Positions 1 to 7,908 of a stretch of DNA of 64,000 nt are shown here, piece by piece. The DNA is taken from assembly GCA_964650705.1 (NCBI GenBank), contig CAZYUJ010000008.1, positions 6,762 through 70,761 on the forward strand, read 5' to 3'. The notes beneath the pieces are model-generated. The model ran no database searches. It saw only the letters and a program-made list of their open reading frames with translations, and was not told the DNA's origin. The translations under genes were made by a program, and so were the position numbers. Source of the stretch: an uncultured Oscillospiraceae bacterium (lineage in GTDB: Bacteria; Bacillota; Clostridia; Oscillospirales; Ruminococcaceae). Positions within the stretch are counted from its first letter, which is position 1, and each line of letters opens with the position of its first letter.

Positions 1-303
1 TCCCAAATCGTTATATTCGTTTACCATTTTATACGTAGAAAAACGGTCTTCGGAATAATAGGAAAGGACATTACCGATTTCGTCATATTCATATTCGCTA
101 TACTCGGTCACGGTTCCGTCGGGCAGAGTATTCGTTCTTTCGCTTAATAGCCATGTGATTTTTTCCGGGTCATTAAAAACAGGAAGCTCACCGCTGTTTT
201 GATCGTCTTTAGATACAAGCGGAGTATCATTATCAGGTTCGATATTGCAAGCAGTAGCAAAAAGCATTAATGAAGCAAGAACAAAAGCAAACAGTTTTTT
301 CAC
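1..303 (-). CDS. Putative lipoprotein, N-terminal part only (gene runs off the window start)
   Basis: GTG at 301-303 lies 9 nt downstream of AAGGAG. It translates VKKLFAFVLASLMLFATACN (signal peptide plus lipobox Cys). The frame is open to position 1. Confidence 0.5.
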   Translation of the reverse strand, partial: MKKLFAFVLASLMLFATACNIEPDNDTPLVSKDDQNSGELPVFNDPEKITWLLSERTNTLPDGTVTEYSEYEYDEIGNVLSYYSEDRFSTYKMVNEYNDLG

Positions 304-448
304 ACGTGTCAACTCCTTTGATGTTATAACACAATGATATCACCAGAAAATCATACAATCAATAACAGCAAAAATACAGTTCGATTACAGTTTGGAAACA
401 AGATATTACAAACTAAAAACGCTCCCACGAAAGTGAGAGCGTTTAATA

Positions 449-1543
449 CTATACATTAAATCTGAACAGAACGACGTCGCCGTCACGCATTACGTATTCC
501 TTGCCTTCGGAACGGATCAAGCCCTTTTCACGGGCGGCAACCATTGTGCCGCAAGCTTTAAGGTCTTCGAACGCTACGACCTCGGCACGGATGAAGCCAC
601 GCTCGAAATCGGTGTGGATCTTTCCTGCTGCCTGAGGAGCTTTTGTACCGTTTGTTATCGTCCATGCACGGCATTCATCCTTTCCTGCCGTAAGGAACGA
701 AATGAGTCCCAAGAGCGCATAGCCTTCCTTTATAACGCGGTTAAGGCCGGAAACCGAAAGACCGAGTTCAGCCAAGAACATTGCCTTGTCTTCAGCGTCC
801 ATATCTGCGATCTCCTGCTCGATCTGAGCGCAGATGGGCAAGACCACGGAGCCTTCCGCATCGGCAATTTCCTTTACGACCAAGAAGTTTTTATTCTCTT
901 CAACGTTACCTGTAAAGTCATCCTCACAAAGATTTGCGGCATATATTACCGGTTTCTGAGAAAGAAGAGGCGTTGATCTGATCATTTCTCTTTCTTCATC
1001 GGTGAAAGGATAGCTTCTTGCGGACTTTCCCGCTTCAAGATGAGCAAGAAGGCCTTCTGTCAAGTCGATATCAGCTTGATATTTCTTATCGCCCTTGAGC
1101 ATCTTCTTGGCTTTGTCCAAGCGGCGCTCCAACACTTCCATATCAGCAAAGATCAGCTCAAGATCAATTGTTTCGATGTCACGCTTTGGATCGACAGAAC
1201 CCTCAACGTGGATGATATCATCCGACTCAAAGCACCTTACAACATGGATGATAGCGTCACACTCACGGATGTTAGCCAAGAACTTATTGCCCAAGCCCTC
1301 ACCCTTCGAGGCGCCCTTAACAAGTCCCGCGATATCGACGAATTCAAGGGTCGCAGGGGTGAACTTTGTGGGCTCATACATTCTTGCGAGTTCATCAAGT
1401 CTTTCGTCGGGAACGGAAACGATTCCGACGTTTGGTTCTATCGTGCAAAAAGGATAGTTTGCAGACTCAGCGCCTGCGTTTGTCAAAGCATTAAAAAGTG
1501 TACTCTTTCCGACGTTCGGAAGTCCGACCATGCCAAGTTTCAT
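449..1543 (-). CDS. ychF: Ribosome-binding ATPase YchF (Obg-like GTPase family)
   Basis: 364 aa with P-loop GLPNVGKSTLFNALT and a full-length YchF-like sequence with a C-terminal TGS-like end (VMRDGDVVLFRFNV). Confidence 0.95.
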   Translation of the reverse strand: MKLGMVGLPNVGKSTLFNALTNAGAESANYPFCTIEPNVGIVSVPDERLDELARMYEPTKFTPATLEFVDIAGLVKGASKGEGLGNKFLANIRECDAIIHVVRCFESDDIIHVEGSVDPKRDIETIDLELIFADMEVLERRLDKAKKMLKGDKKYQADIDLTEGLLAHLEAGKSARSYPFTDEEREMIRSTPLLSQKPVIYAANLCEDDFTGNVEENKNFLVVKEIADAEGSVVLPICAQIEQEIADMDAEDKAMFLAELGLSVSGLNRVIKEGYALLGLISFLTAGKDECRAWTITNGTKAPQAAGKIHTDFERGFIRAEVVAFEDLKACGTMVAAREKGLIRSEGKEYVMRDGDVVLFRFNV

Positions 1544-1572
1544 ATACTATGTCACTCCAAAATCAATTATAA

Positions 1573-2583
1573 TTATCTGTAGTCAACGAAGCCGACCTTG
1601 CGGTGAACCTTTGTGATCACCTTGTTGGTGAGCTTAAATGCACGCTGAGCGCCTTCTGTGTAGCATTCCTTGAGATAGTTCTTATCAGCCATAAGGCGAG
1701 CAAAGTTATCACGAATAGGTGCCAAATGATCGGCAACAGTCTCACCTACTGCGATCTTAAAGTCGCCATAGCCCTTGCCGTCGAACTCACGTTCGATCTC
1801 ATCAAGAGACTTACCTGTAACAGCAGAATAGATAGTCATAAGGTTGTTGATGCCGTCCTTGCCGTCAGCATATTTAACAACAGCTTCCGAATCGGTAACA
1901 GCACGCTTGAATTTGCGGATGATAGTATCCTTATCGTCCAAAATGAGGATCGTTGCATTCTGATTATCATCAGACTTAGACATCTTCTTGGTGGGTTCCT
2001 GTAGAGACATTACTTTTGCGCCGACCTTGGGGATATAAGGCTCGGGGACTGTGAACATATCGCCAAAGCGCTGATTAAAGCGAACTGCGATATTTCTTGC
2101 AAGCTCGAGGTGCTGTTTCTGATCCTGTCCGATCGGGACGAGATCAGCGTTATATGCCAAGATATCAGCCGCCATCAAAACGGGATATGTGAAAAGCCCT
2201 GCGTTAACGTCATCGGGATGCTTTTTGGATTTATCCTTAAATTGAGTCATTCTCGAAAGCTCACCGAACTGAGTCGAGCAAGCCAATATCCAGTTGAGCT
2301 GAGCGTGGCTGGGATTATGGCTCTGAATGAACGCAACTGATTTCTCGGGGTCAATTCCGCAAGCCAGCAAGAGAGCATAGGACTCAATAGTCTGCTGTCT
2401 GAACTTGATGGGATCACGCTTGACGGTCAGTGCGTGCATATCAACTATAGAATAGATGCAGTCATATTCATCCTGTAAGGGACCCCAATTGCGAACAGCA
2501 CCTATATAGTTGCCCAAGGTGAATGTACCTGTGGGTTGGATTCCCGAGAATATAACTTTCTTTTTGTTTACTGTTTCGGACAT
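1573..2583 (-). CDS. trpS: Tryptophan--tRNA ligase
   Basis: 336 aa class I aaRS with a KMSKS motif and a TrpRS-type N-terminus (FSGIQPTGTFTLGNYIGA). Confidence 0.95.
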   Translation of the reverse strand: MSETVNKKKVIFSGIQPTGTFTLGNYIGAVRNWGPLQDEYDCIYSIVDMHALTVKRDPIKFRQQTIESYALLLACGIDPEKSVAFIQSHNPSHAQLNWILACSTQFGELSRMTQFKDKSKKHPDDVNAGLFTYPVLMAADILAYNADLVPIGQDQKQHLELARNIAVRFNQRFGDMFTVPEPYIPKVGAKVMSLQEPTKKMSKSDDNQNATILILDDKDTIIRKFKRAVTDSEAVVKYADGKDGINNLMTIYSAVTGKSLDEIEREFDGKGYGDFKIAVGETVADHLAPIRDNFARLMADKNYLKECYTEGAQRAFKLTNKVITKVHRKVGFVDYR

Positions 2584-2625
2584 TTATAAAACCTCCAATA
2601 TCAAAGGATCAAAAACCATTAAAAT

Positions 2626-2654
2626 AGTATATCACAACTATTTAAAGATGTCAA
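2626..2654 (-). promoter_or_regulatory. Candidate sigma-A promoter of trpS (TTGACA-N17-TATACT)
   Basis: On the minus strand, TTGACA is at 2649-2654 and TATACT at 2626-2631 with a 17-nt spacer. The leader is only about 40 nt and has no T-box. Confidence 0.5.
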
Positions 2655-2681
2655 TTTTTAAGCGGATTTTGTGATGGATTT

Positions 2682-2760
2682 GGCGATGTCGCAAAATGGA
2701 GCCGAGCCGACGCAAGCGGCGAGCGAGGAGCATTGTGCGGCGGAGCGTGGCAGTGAAGTG
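2682..2760 (+). repeat. GC-rich G-skewed intergenic element, copy R1
   Basis: Lies in the divergent trpS/murJ-like intergenic region. Contains TGGAGCCGAGCCGACGCAAGCGGCGAGCGAGGAGCATTGTGCGGCGG, near-identical to copy R5. Confidence 0.7.
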
Positions 2761-2813
2761 GAATAGATTTAAGTGCAGATAAATAGAATGGTACAAGACC
2801 CCTTTCGGAAAGG

Positions 2814-4463
2814 ATGACACCAGTGAAAAAACAGGGACTTTTGTACGGTTCGTTTATATTGATGCTTTCGGTGATCGTATCGAGAGTTGCAGGGCTGATC
2901 TTCAAAATTCCGCTTACAAATATATTGGGCGGAACGGGAATGGGATATTTCCAAAGTGCGTACACCGTGTTTACGCCAATATATTCGATCTGTGCTGTCA
3001 GCCTACCGCCGGCAATATCGACGCTTATAGCCGAAAACTCTGCGTTCGGAAGATATAAAAACATCAGAAATATCAAAAAAACGGCGCTTATAGCTTTCAG
3101 TGCGATATCCGTTATTTTGATGCTGATACCGCTTGTTTTTTCTGATTTCATTGCGACAAAGATCATCGGCAATGCGCTTTGTGCGCCTGCGATTGCGGCG
3201 ATATCGCCTTGTATACTTTTCGGAACGGTTACGGCAGTATATAGAGGATATTTTGAGGGTCTTAAAAACATGACTCCGACAGCGGTATCACAGATGATCG
3301 AAGCTGTTGTGAGGACACTTTGCGGTCTTGGATTTGCATATTACGCAAGTGTTCAGCTCGGGGGAATAAATGATTTCACTACGCCTGTTATAGCTGCGGC
3401 GGCTATATTGGGAGTTACCGTGGCAGACCTGGCGGGGCTTATTTACATAATTCTGAGATTCAAGATCTTCGGTGACGGAATATCGAAGCACGATCTTTCG
3501 CTTGACAACAAAGCAGAGCGCATGAGAACGACTTTCAAGCAGCTTGTCATCTTGATGATACCGATGACGGTCGCAAGCGTTGTAGCGAGCTTAATGAACG
3601 CTGTAGACCTCTCTACGATAATGCTGTGCATCAAGTCAAGCCTTCGAAATCAGCCTGAGCTGTATGCGAAGAAATATGCACAGATAATTGATAGCGGAAT
3701 CAGCTTCGATGAGCTTCCGAACTTTTTATACGGCTCGTTCACGGGGCTCGCGATGACGGTATTCTCGCTGGCGCCCTCCCTTTGTTCTGTATTTGGGAAA
3801 AGTGCGTTGCCGAATATTTCCGAGGCATATGCCAAAAAAGACATGGAACGTGTTAGCAAAGAGATCACCCGAGTTATTGCGATCGTATCATTTATCTCGA
3901 TCCCTGCAGGATTCGGGCTCAGCGCAATGTCTGAAGAGATTTTATGCGTACTGTTTTCAAACAGACAGCTTGAGATTTCCGTTTGCATCGTGCCGCTTTC
4001 TATTATAAGCTTAAGTACGCCTTTTTTGTCGATAAGCGGTGCTGTATACTCGATGCTTCAAGCCGTCGGAAAACAAGATATACCGGTCAAGATAACACTT
4101 TTAGCAGCTATCACAAAGCTTATTTTAAACACGCTTCTTGTTCCGATAACATCACTCGGATTATCAGGCGCAGCCATATCGACCGCCGTCAGCTATATCG
4201 TCATGTGTATCATATCGACCATAGTTCTATTCAAGCATACCGAAACGAATTATAGAAGGATCATCACTCCCCTGTTGTCGCTTATCGGAGGAGTTGCGGC
4301 GTCAATCGGAGCAAAAGCTTGTGCAAATTTATTAAACGGCTATCGCCAAAGTGCTTTAAACACGGCAATTTCTATTGCTTTTGCTGTTATAATCTACATC
4401 ATTATGGTTATGTTGTTGGATAAATCCACTAAAAATAAGCTTATTGAAGAAATTTTTAAATAA
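2814..4463 (+). CDS. MOP-superfamily flippase (MurJ/SpoVB/YabM-like polysaccharide or lipid II flippase)
   Basis: 549 aa with many TM helices and typical MurJ/SpoVB-like composition. Synteny with hup and the S4 (yabO-like) gene supports the call. An alternative GTG start at 2823 has better SD spacing. Confidence 0.8.
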   Translation: MTPVKKQGLLYGSFILMLSVIVSRVAGLIFKIPLTNILGGTGMGYFQSAYTVFTPIYSICAVSLPPAISTLIAENSAFGRYKNIRNIKKTALIAFSAISVILMLIPLVFSDFIATKIIGNALCAPAIAAISPCILFGTVTAVYRGYFEGLKNMTPTAVSQMIEAVVRTLCGLGFAYYASVQLGGINDFTTPVIAAAAILGVTVADLAGLIYIILRFKIFGDGISKHDLSLDNKAERMRTTFKQLVILMIPMTVASVVASLMNAVDLSTIMLCIKSSLRNQPELYAKKYAQIIDSGISFDELPNFLYGSFTGLAMTVFSLAPSLCSVFGKSALPNISEAYAKKDMERVSKEITRVIAIVSFISIPAGFGLSAMSEEILCVLFSNRQLEISVCIVPLSIISLSTPFLSISGAVYSMLQAVGKQDIPVKITLLAAITKLILNTLLVPITSLGLSGAAISTAVSYIVMCIISTIVLFKHTETNYRRIITPLLSLIGGVAASIGAKACANLLNGYRQSALNTAISIAFAVIIYIIMVMLLDKSTKNKLIEEIFK

Positions 4464-4467
4464 ACAC

Positions 4468-4496
4468 TTGCATTTTGCAAAGAAAAAGTATAAAAT
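4468..4496 (+). promoter_or_regulatory. Candidate promoter of hup (TTGCAT-N17-TAAAAT)
   Basis: -35 at 4468-4473 and -10 at 4491-4496 with a 17-nt spacer. Confidence 0.4.
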
Positions 4497-4585
4497 ATAT
4501 CTTGTCTTAGCCTGCTTAGATGATTGAGGCTCATTTTGCAGGCTATCAATTGGATTTCGCAAAATAATATAGGAGGAAAACACAG

Positions 4586-4861
4586 ATGACTAAGGTTGAA
4601 TTAGTAAACAGCATTGCTGCTAAGATGGACTGCTCTAAGAAGGACGCTGAAAAGGCACTCGGCGCAGTAATCGATTCTATTTCCGATGCACTTGTAAACG
4701 GTGAAAAGGTATCCCTTATCGGCTTCGGTACTTTCGAAGTTAGAGAGCGCAAGGCAAAGGAAGGCATTAACCCCAAGAGCAAGCAGAAGATCACTATCCC
4801 TGCTAAGAAGGTTCCTGCTTTCAAGGCCGGCAAGGCTCTTAAGGACAGCGTAGCTAAGTAA
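4586..4861 (+). CDS. hup: DNA-binding protein HU
   Basis: 91 aa with clear full-length HU/IHF-family similarity (GFGTFEVRERKAKEGINPKS...IPAKKVPAFKAGKALKD). SD AGGAGGA lies upstream. Confidence 0.95.
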   Translation: MTKVELVNSIAAKMDCSKKDAEKALGAVIDSISDALVNGEKVSLIGFGTFEVRERKAKEGINPKSKQKITIPAKKVPAFKAGKALKDSVAK

Positions 4862-4867
4862 TTGCTT

Positions 4868-4900
4868 AAAACCGGTTGACAGTGTCGGCCGGTTTTTGTT
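4868..4900 (+). terminator. Rho-independent terminator after hup
   Basis: 9-bp stem CCGGTTGAC/GTCGGCCGG (two G-U pairs) followed by TTTTT. Confidence 0.8.
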
Positions 4901-4934
4901 TACTCCCCTATTTCAAATAACGAAAGGATCAAAT

Positions 4935-5177
4935 ATGAGACTTGATAAATATTTAAAGGTTACACGGCTTATAAAACGCCGCACTGTTGCAAACGAAGCC
5001 TGTGACACAGGCAGAATTTTTGTCAACGACAAACAAGCAAGAGCTTCTTATGAAGTTAAGGTCGGTGACGTGATCGAGATCAGAATGGGTGCAAGCCCGC
5101 TTAAAGCTAAGGTGCTTTCGATCTCGGAATATGCGACAAAAGACTCCGCACACGAGCACTATGAAATAATCAACTAA
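4935..5177 (+). CDS. S4-domain RNA-binding protein (YabO/Hsp15-like)
   Basis: 80 aa from the ATG at 4935, with AAAGGA 6 nt upstream. Carries the S4 motif RLDKYLKVTRLIKRRTVA. The TTG at 4896 given by the ORF track lies in the terminator T-tract and is unlikely to be the start. Confidence 0.85.
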   Translation: MRLDKYLKVTRLIKRRTVANEACDTGRIFVNDKQARASYEVKVGDVIEIRMGASPLKAKVLSISEYATKDSAHEHYEIIN

Positions 5178-5182
5178 ACAAA

Positions 5183-5215
5183 CAGCAGGCAGGATATTAA
5201 ACATCCTACCTGCTG
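5183..5215. terminator. Bidirectional terminator between the convergent S4 gene and the deacetylase gene
   Basis: Hairpin CAGCAGGCAGGAT-N7-ATCCTACCTGCTG with A/T runs on both sides. Confidence 0.75.
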
Positions 5216-5220
5216 ATTTA

Positions 5221-6198
5221 TTATCCGAAAGTATACCCTTCGGCAAGGGCACGGTCGATAAAATCGCCCAAAATGGTTGCATTTGTTTCAGATACCGAGT
5301 GCAAAAGATAGATCGCACCGGGATGAAGTCTTTCAACGAGCTTCTCAAGCGAAGCGGTTGGATCAGGCTGATTATCCGTATCCCAATCGGCATATGCAAA
5401 GCTCCACAAAACAGACGTGTAACCAAGATCCGCGGTTACAGCGAGGCTGAGCTCTGAGTATTCGCCCTTTGGAGGACGGAACAGATTCATGCAAACACCG
5501 TAATTCTCTATAACATAGTTGTGAAGATCCATGATCTCTGTCTGCATTTCTTCAATTGAAATTTCAGGCATTGAATAGTGGCTCCAAGAATGGCTGCCGA
5601 TCGTGTGTCCCTCATCGATGATACGCTGAACAAGTTCGGGCTCACGGCGGGCATAATCACCGGTTAAAAAGAATGTCGCCTTCACGCCTTTTTCTTTCAG
5701 GGTGTCTAAAATCATGCCTGTGTAGCCATTTTCATATCCTTGGTCAAAGGTGAGAGTTATCACCTTTTCTTCAGTTAAATTGATCGCCTTTGCTTTATAG
5801 ATGGAATAACTTTCGTTAAAGCGCACCGCACTTTTCGGTCGGTTAAGGTCATCAAATCTGGTGCCTTGTCCCCAACCGTCGCCTTCATTACTCAAAGCGT
5901 TGTAATCCCAATCACCTTTTGTCGTGACAAGCTCCTCGATAGCATCCGAAACATCGCTCACAGACTCAGGAACATCAATTGATTCGTCAGGTGAGGTCGT
6001 TACATCCTCGGATGAAAGAGGCGGAACACTTGGAGTTGTCGGCTCGGTGGTGGTCACAGAGTCGCTCGTTTCAGAAGGATCGACAGATACGCCGTTTTCA
6101 TAATATCCGTTTTCTATTCGGCTGCATCCGCAAAGAATAAATGCCGCCAGGGCACAAGCTGTTGATGCCGAAAGAAAACGCTTGAGATTCATTTTCAT
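5221..6198 (-). CDS. Polysaccharide deacetylase family lipoprotein (PdaA/NodB-like)
   Basis: 325 aa with lipobox LCGCS, a Ser/Thr/Pro-rich linker and NodB-domain motifs (TFDQGYENGYT, HSWSH, LLH). Confidence 0.85.
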   Translation of the reverse strand: MKMNLKRFLSASTACALAAFILCGCSRIENGYYENGVSVDPSETSDSVTTTEPTTPSVPPLSSEDVTTSPDESIDVPESVSDVSDAIEELVTTKGDWDYNALSNEGDGWGQGTRFDDLNRPKSAVRFNESYSIYKAKAINLTEEKVITLTFDQGYENGYTGMILDTLKEKGVKATFFLTGDYARREPELVQRIIDEGHTIGSHSWSHYSMPEISIEEMQTEIMDLHNYVIENYGVCMNLFRPPKGEYSELSLAVTADLGYTSVLWSFAYADWDTDNQPDPTASLEKLVERLHPGAIYLLHSVSETNATILGDFIDRALAEGYTFG

Positions 6199-6412
6199 AT
6201 ATCGCGCGCAAACTTTCGTTCGCGCCTGCCTCCTTTCGTGACAATATCACGAAACTACCGACAACCGTTTCAAAACTAAGTATGAAGCGATTGCAAGAGT
6301 ATTGTGTGCGTGTCGAATTAAAATATTTATAGCAGATTTTTCATTAATTTTGTCTGCAATTATATTTTACTACGATATTATGAAAAAATCAATTACATAG
6401 TTGTTACAGAAT

Positions 6413-6438
6413 CAAAAAAGCCCCTGAAGAGGGGCTTT
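6413..6438 (-). terminator. Rho-independent terminator downstream of the protease remnant
   Basis: Minus strand reads AAAGCCCCTCTTCAGGGGCTTTTTTG. Confidence 0.7.
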
Positions 6439-6448
6439 ATATTAAATA

Positions 6449-6697
6449 TTAAACATTGATACCGTATGACGACAGACGATTAATTAAATCTTGTGTTATT
6501 CTTCTGCCTCTATTATATTGTTCATTCGTGGGATATGTTGTTTCAAAGCCGTGAGTATGTATTGCTACTACAAATTCACCCGAAGAATTCCGATAGAATA
6601 CAGGGCTACCGCTTTGACCGTCGGCTACATCTGCGTAATAATATACCCTATGATCTGTGTAACCGCATATTGTATCATCATCTATATTAGTCATCAT
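6449..6697 (-). pseudogene. C-terminal remnant of an S1B (V8/glutamyl-endopeptidase-like) serine protease
   Basis: This 82-aa ORF carries only the Ser-containing block DGQSGSPVF...VAIHTHG. No His or Asp catalytic blocks occur upstream, and it overlaps the preceding ORF's stop by 11 nt. Confidence 0.6.
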
Positions 6698-7388
6698 TAA
6701 TTCTTATTACTCTTTGCACTTCGGTTAATCTGGCAGGTTCTGTTTCTTGTCTGGAACCGAACGAATACACAATAACTGTGTCGCCGATCTTTAGATCACT
6801 TATAGATATTTCGCCGTAATTATCAGTAATCATCGTACTATCATAAACTTTAAACACATATTCATTTCGATAGTTTACAGAGTTCATATTAAGACCGTCT
6901 ACTTGTATCCAAGAAGCGCCTAAATCCACAATTTCAGCATAGAATGCGTATCCGAACGTATCAAGAACTGTAACTACATCGGCTGTAACGGTTCCTCCGT
7001 CAATATCATCGGGACGATATTTTCCCTCTTCATCGTAAATATAAATATTCACATGGTTGCCAACCTGTATTTCATCAATATTGGCAGTTGGGGCATCGGA
7101 TCGGATGAAGCTGAATACGATCCCATTTCTCGAGTCCTGAAGCATATACTGTGTCACGCCGTTGTTCTCATCAATCGAAACGACAAGTCCTTCGAATTCG
7201 TGCCAAATGCGTGTTTCCTGAGAAACGGGTGGGGCTTCTTCATTAACATCATCTACAGAAACAACGGGCGTTTGTGCAGGTTCGTTAATATCTTCACTTA
7301 CAAGCGGTTCATCATTAGTATCAGAACAAGCGGTAAGAAGTGACAAAGTGAGCATAAAAGTTATTAAATACAAAAAAACCTTTTTCAT
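6687..7388 (-). CDS. Hypothetical lipoprotein with two beta-rich repeats
   Basis: 233 aa from the ATG at 7388 (AAAGGA upstream), with signal peptide plus lipobox LLTACSD. No recognisable catalytic motif. Confidence 0.7.
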   Translation of the reverse strand: MKKVFLYLITFMLTLSLLTACSDTNDEPLVSEDINEPAQTPVVSVDDVNEEAPPVSQETRIWHEFEGLVVSIDENNGVTQYMLQDSRNGIVFSFIRSDAPTANIDEIQVGNHVNIYIYDEEGKYRPDDIDGGTVTADVVTVLDTFGYAFYAEIVDLGASWIQVDGLNMNSVNYRNEYVFKVYDSTMITDNYGEISISDLKIGDTVIVYSFGSRQETEPARLTEVQRVIRINDD

Positions 7389-7500
7389 AATTATGTCATC
7401 CTTTCTGTGAATTTTGTTGTAGTTCAAGAACATTGGAATCACCCCTTTTATTTGATAAGCTAATTATAACACAAAAGCCATTAAATGCAAATATGAACAT

Positions 7501-7536
7501 ATTAAACAAAAGCAGCTATCCGAAACGGATAACTGC
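7501..7536 (-). terminator. Terminator after ireB
   Basis: Hairpin GCAGTTATCCG-TTT-CGGATAGCTGC (one mismatch) followed by TTTTGTTT on the minus strand. Confidence 0.65.
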
Positions 7537-7543
7537 TTTTTGA

Positions 7544-7789
7544 TCAGTTGTTCAAATAATACTTGACCATTTCCTGTAAAAGCTCGTCGCGGTCGATATG
7601 ACGGATAAGGCTTCTTGCGTTATTATAGGTCGTGATATATGTCGGGTCTTCAGAAAGAATGTAGCCGACGATCTGATTAACGGGGTTATATCCTTTTTCG
7701 AGCAGAGCTTCATATACGACCGTTAAGGTGCGCTTGATCTCATCCTTGCGGTCGGGCTTAACTGAAAAGGTCATCGTTTGGTCATGCAT
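7544..7789 (-). CDS. ireB: IreB-family regulatory phosphoprotein (UPF0297/YrzL)
   Basis: 81 aa with the conserved core [45 protein letters not shown]. Confidence 0.85.
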   Translation of the reverse strand: MHDQTMTFSVKPDRKDEIKRTLTVVYEALLEKGYNPVNQIVGYILSEDPTYITTYNNARSLIRHIDRDELLQEMVKYYLNN

Positions 7790-7908
7790 TGGCGTTCACT
7801 CCTTAATCAATCGTTATAATACATTATATCCGTTTGTTTAAGAAATTACAAGTACCCGAGATCAATTTTATTGAATACTGATAATTTTGTTTGTTGATTT
7901 TTTACAAT

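Noticed and set aside
2584-2681. T-box leader upstream of trpS
   Set aside because: The promoter sits about 40 nt from the start codon, and there is no GGUGGUA T-box sequence or terminator.
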